Shown here: piece after piece, positions 63,729-64,000 of the stretch
Numbering within the stretch: the stretch's first letter is position 1
How the letters are laid out: each line of letters starts with the position of its first letter
DNA from: a virus
Taxonomy: Duplodnaviria > Caudoviricetes
IMG/VR virus record: IMGVR_UViG_3300027212_000010
Location: 3,097 to 67,096 of that record
Strand: one strand, 5' to 3'
DNA: 64,000 nucleotides
Program-made: the position numbers and the translations under genes
The notes under the pieces: generated by a model
What the model saw: only the letters and a program-made list of their open reading frames with translations
What the model was told of the DNA's origin: nothing
The model's database searches: none

Positions 63729-64000
63729 GTTCTAATACTCACATTCTTATTGCTTCCAACCATTTTACCATTAATCGAATCAATACTCTTGATTGCGGTA
63801 ATTGTTTTTCTAGTAACAAGATCTGACAATTGATTAATATCCCCATCGTAACCATTAATATTATTTGTAATATTAACTACAGCTCCTGAACCTGAAGATA
63901 CGCCTCTATCTCTCATAGGCTCAAATCTTAAAGCTGCCTGCTTAACATCATATTTTGGAGAAGCATATGGAACTTTGCCCATGTTTGGAACAACCATATT
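63725..64000 (-). CDS. tape measure protein C-terminus (partial)
   Basis: Frame is open to the window end; MVVPN...VVNITNNING-type tail precedes the distal tail gene. Confidence 0.55.
   Translation of the reverse strand, partial: NMVVPNMGKVPYASPKYDVKQAALRFEPMRDRGVSSGSGAVVNITNNINGYDGDINQLSDLVTRKTITAIKSIDSINGKMVGSNKNVSIRT

Noticed and set aside
1-64000. Alternative genetic code
   Set aside because: Core genes are full-length under the standard code, TAA/TGA/TAG all end genes, and no suppressor tRNA was seen.

Overview
A 64-kb slice of an AT-rich, large tailed dsDNA phage. The host is most likely a freshwater actinobacterium, inferred from whiB, an Lsr2-like domain, ahpC/ahpD and many leaderless genes. 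Layout: (i) 1-11.4 kb, a + strand early-type arm of small genes, punctuated by about 10 repeated regulatory modules; (ii) a 570-bp convergent intergenic gap with DnaA boxes and an AT-rich core (origin candidate); (iii) 12-36.5 kb, a - strand accessory arm with an ice-binding-domain fibre, ahpC-ahpD-CDGSH, trxA, whiB, five of the six 2OG-Fe(II)/JmjC oxygenases, secreted proteins, an endolysin, a carbamoyltransferase and five tRNAs; (iv) 36.8-55 kb, terminase plus replication/recombination genes (RuvC-like, Cas4-like, RecA, DnaE, SSB, primase, DnaB); (v) 55-64 kb, the tail module ending in the tape measure C-terminus. The most striking signal is non-coding. Fixed-geometry cassettes in the early arm combine perfect DnaA boxes, CRP/GlxR-type palindromes and an unusual promoter class (TGTCAG-N10-TAnnnT, 16 copies). 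All motifs were found by eye and protein families were recognised from remembered motifs; no database searches were run.
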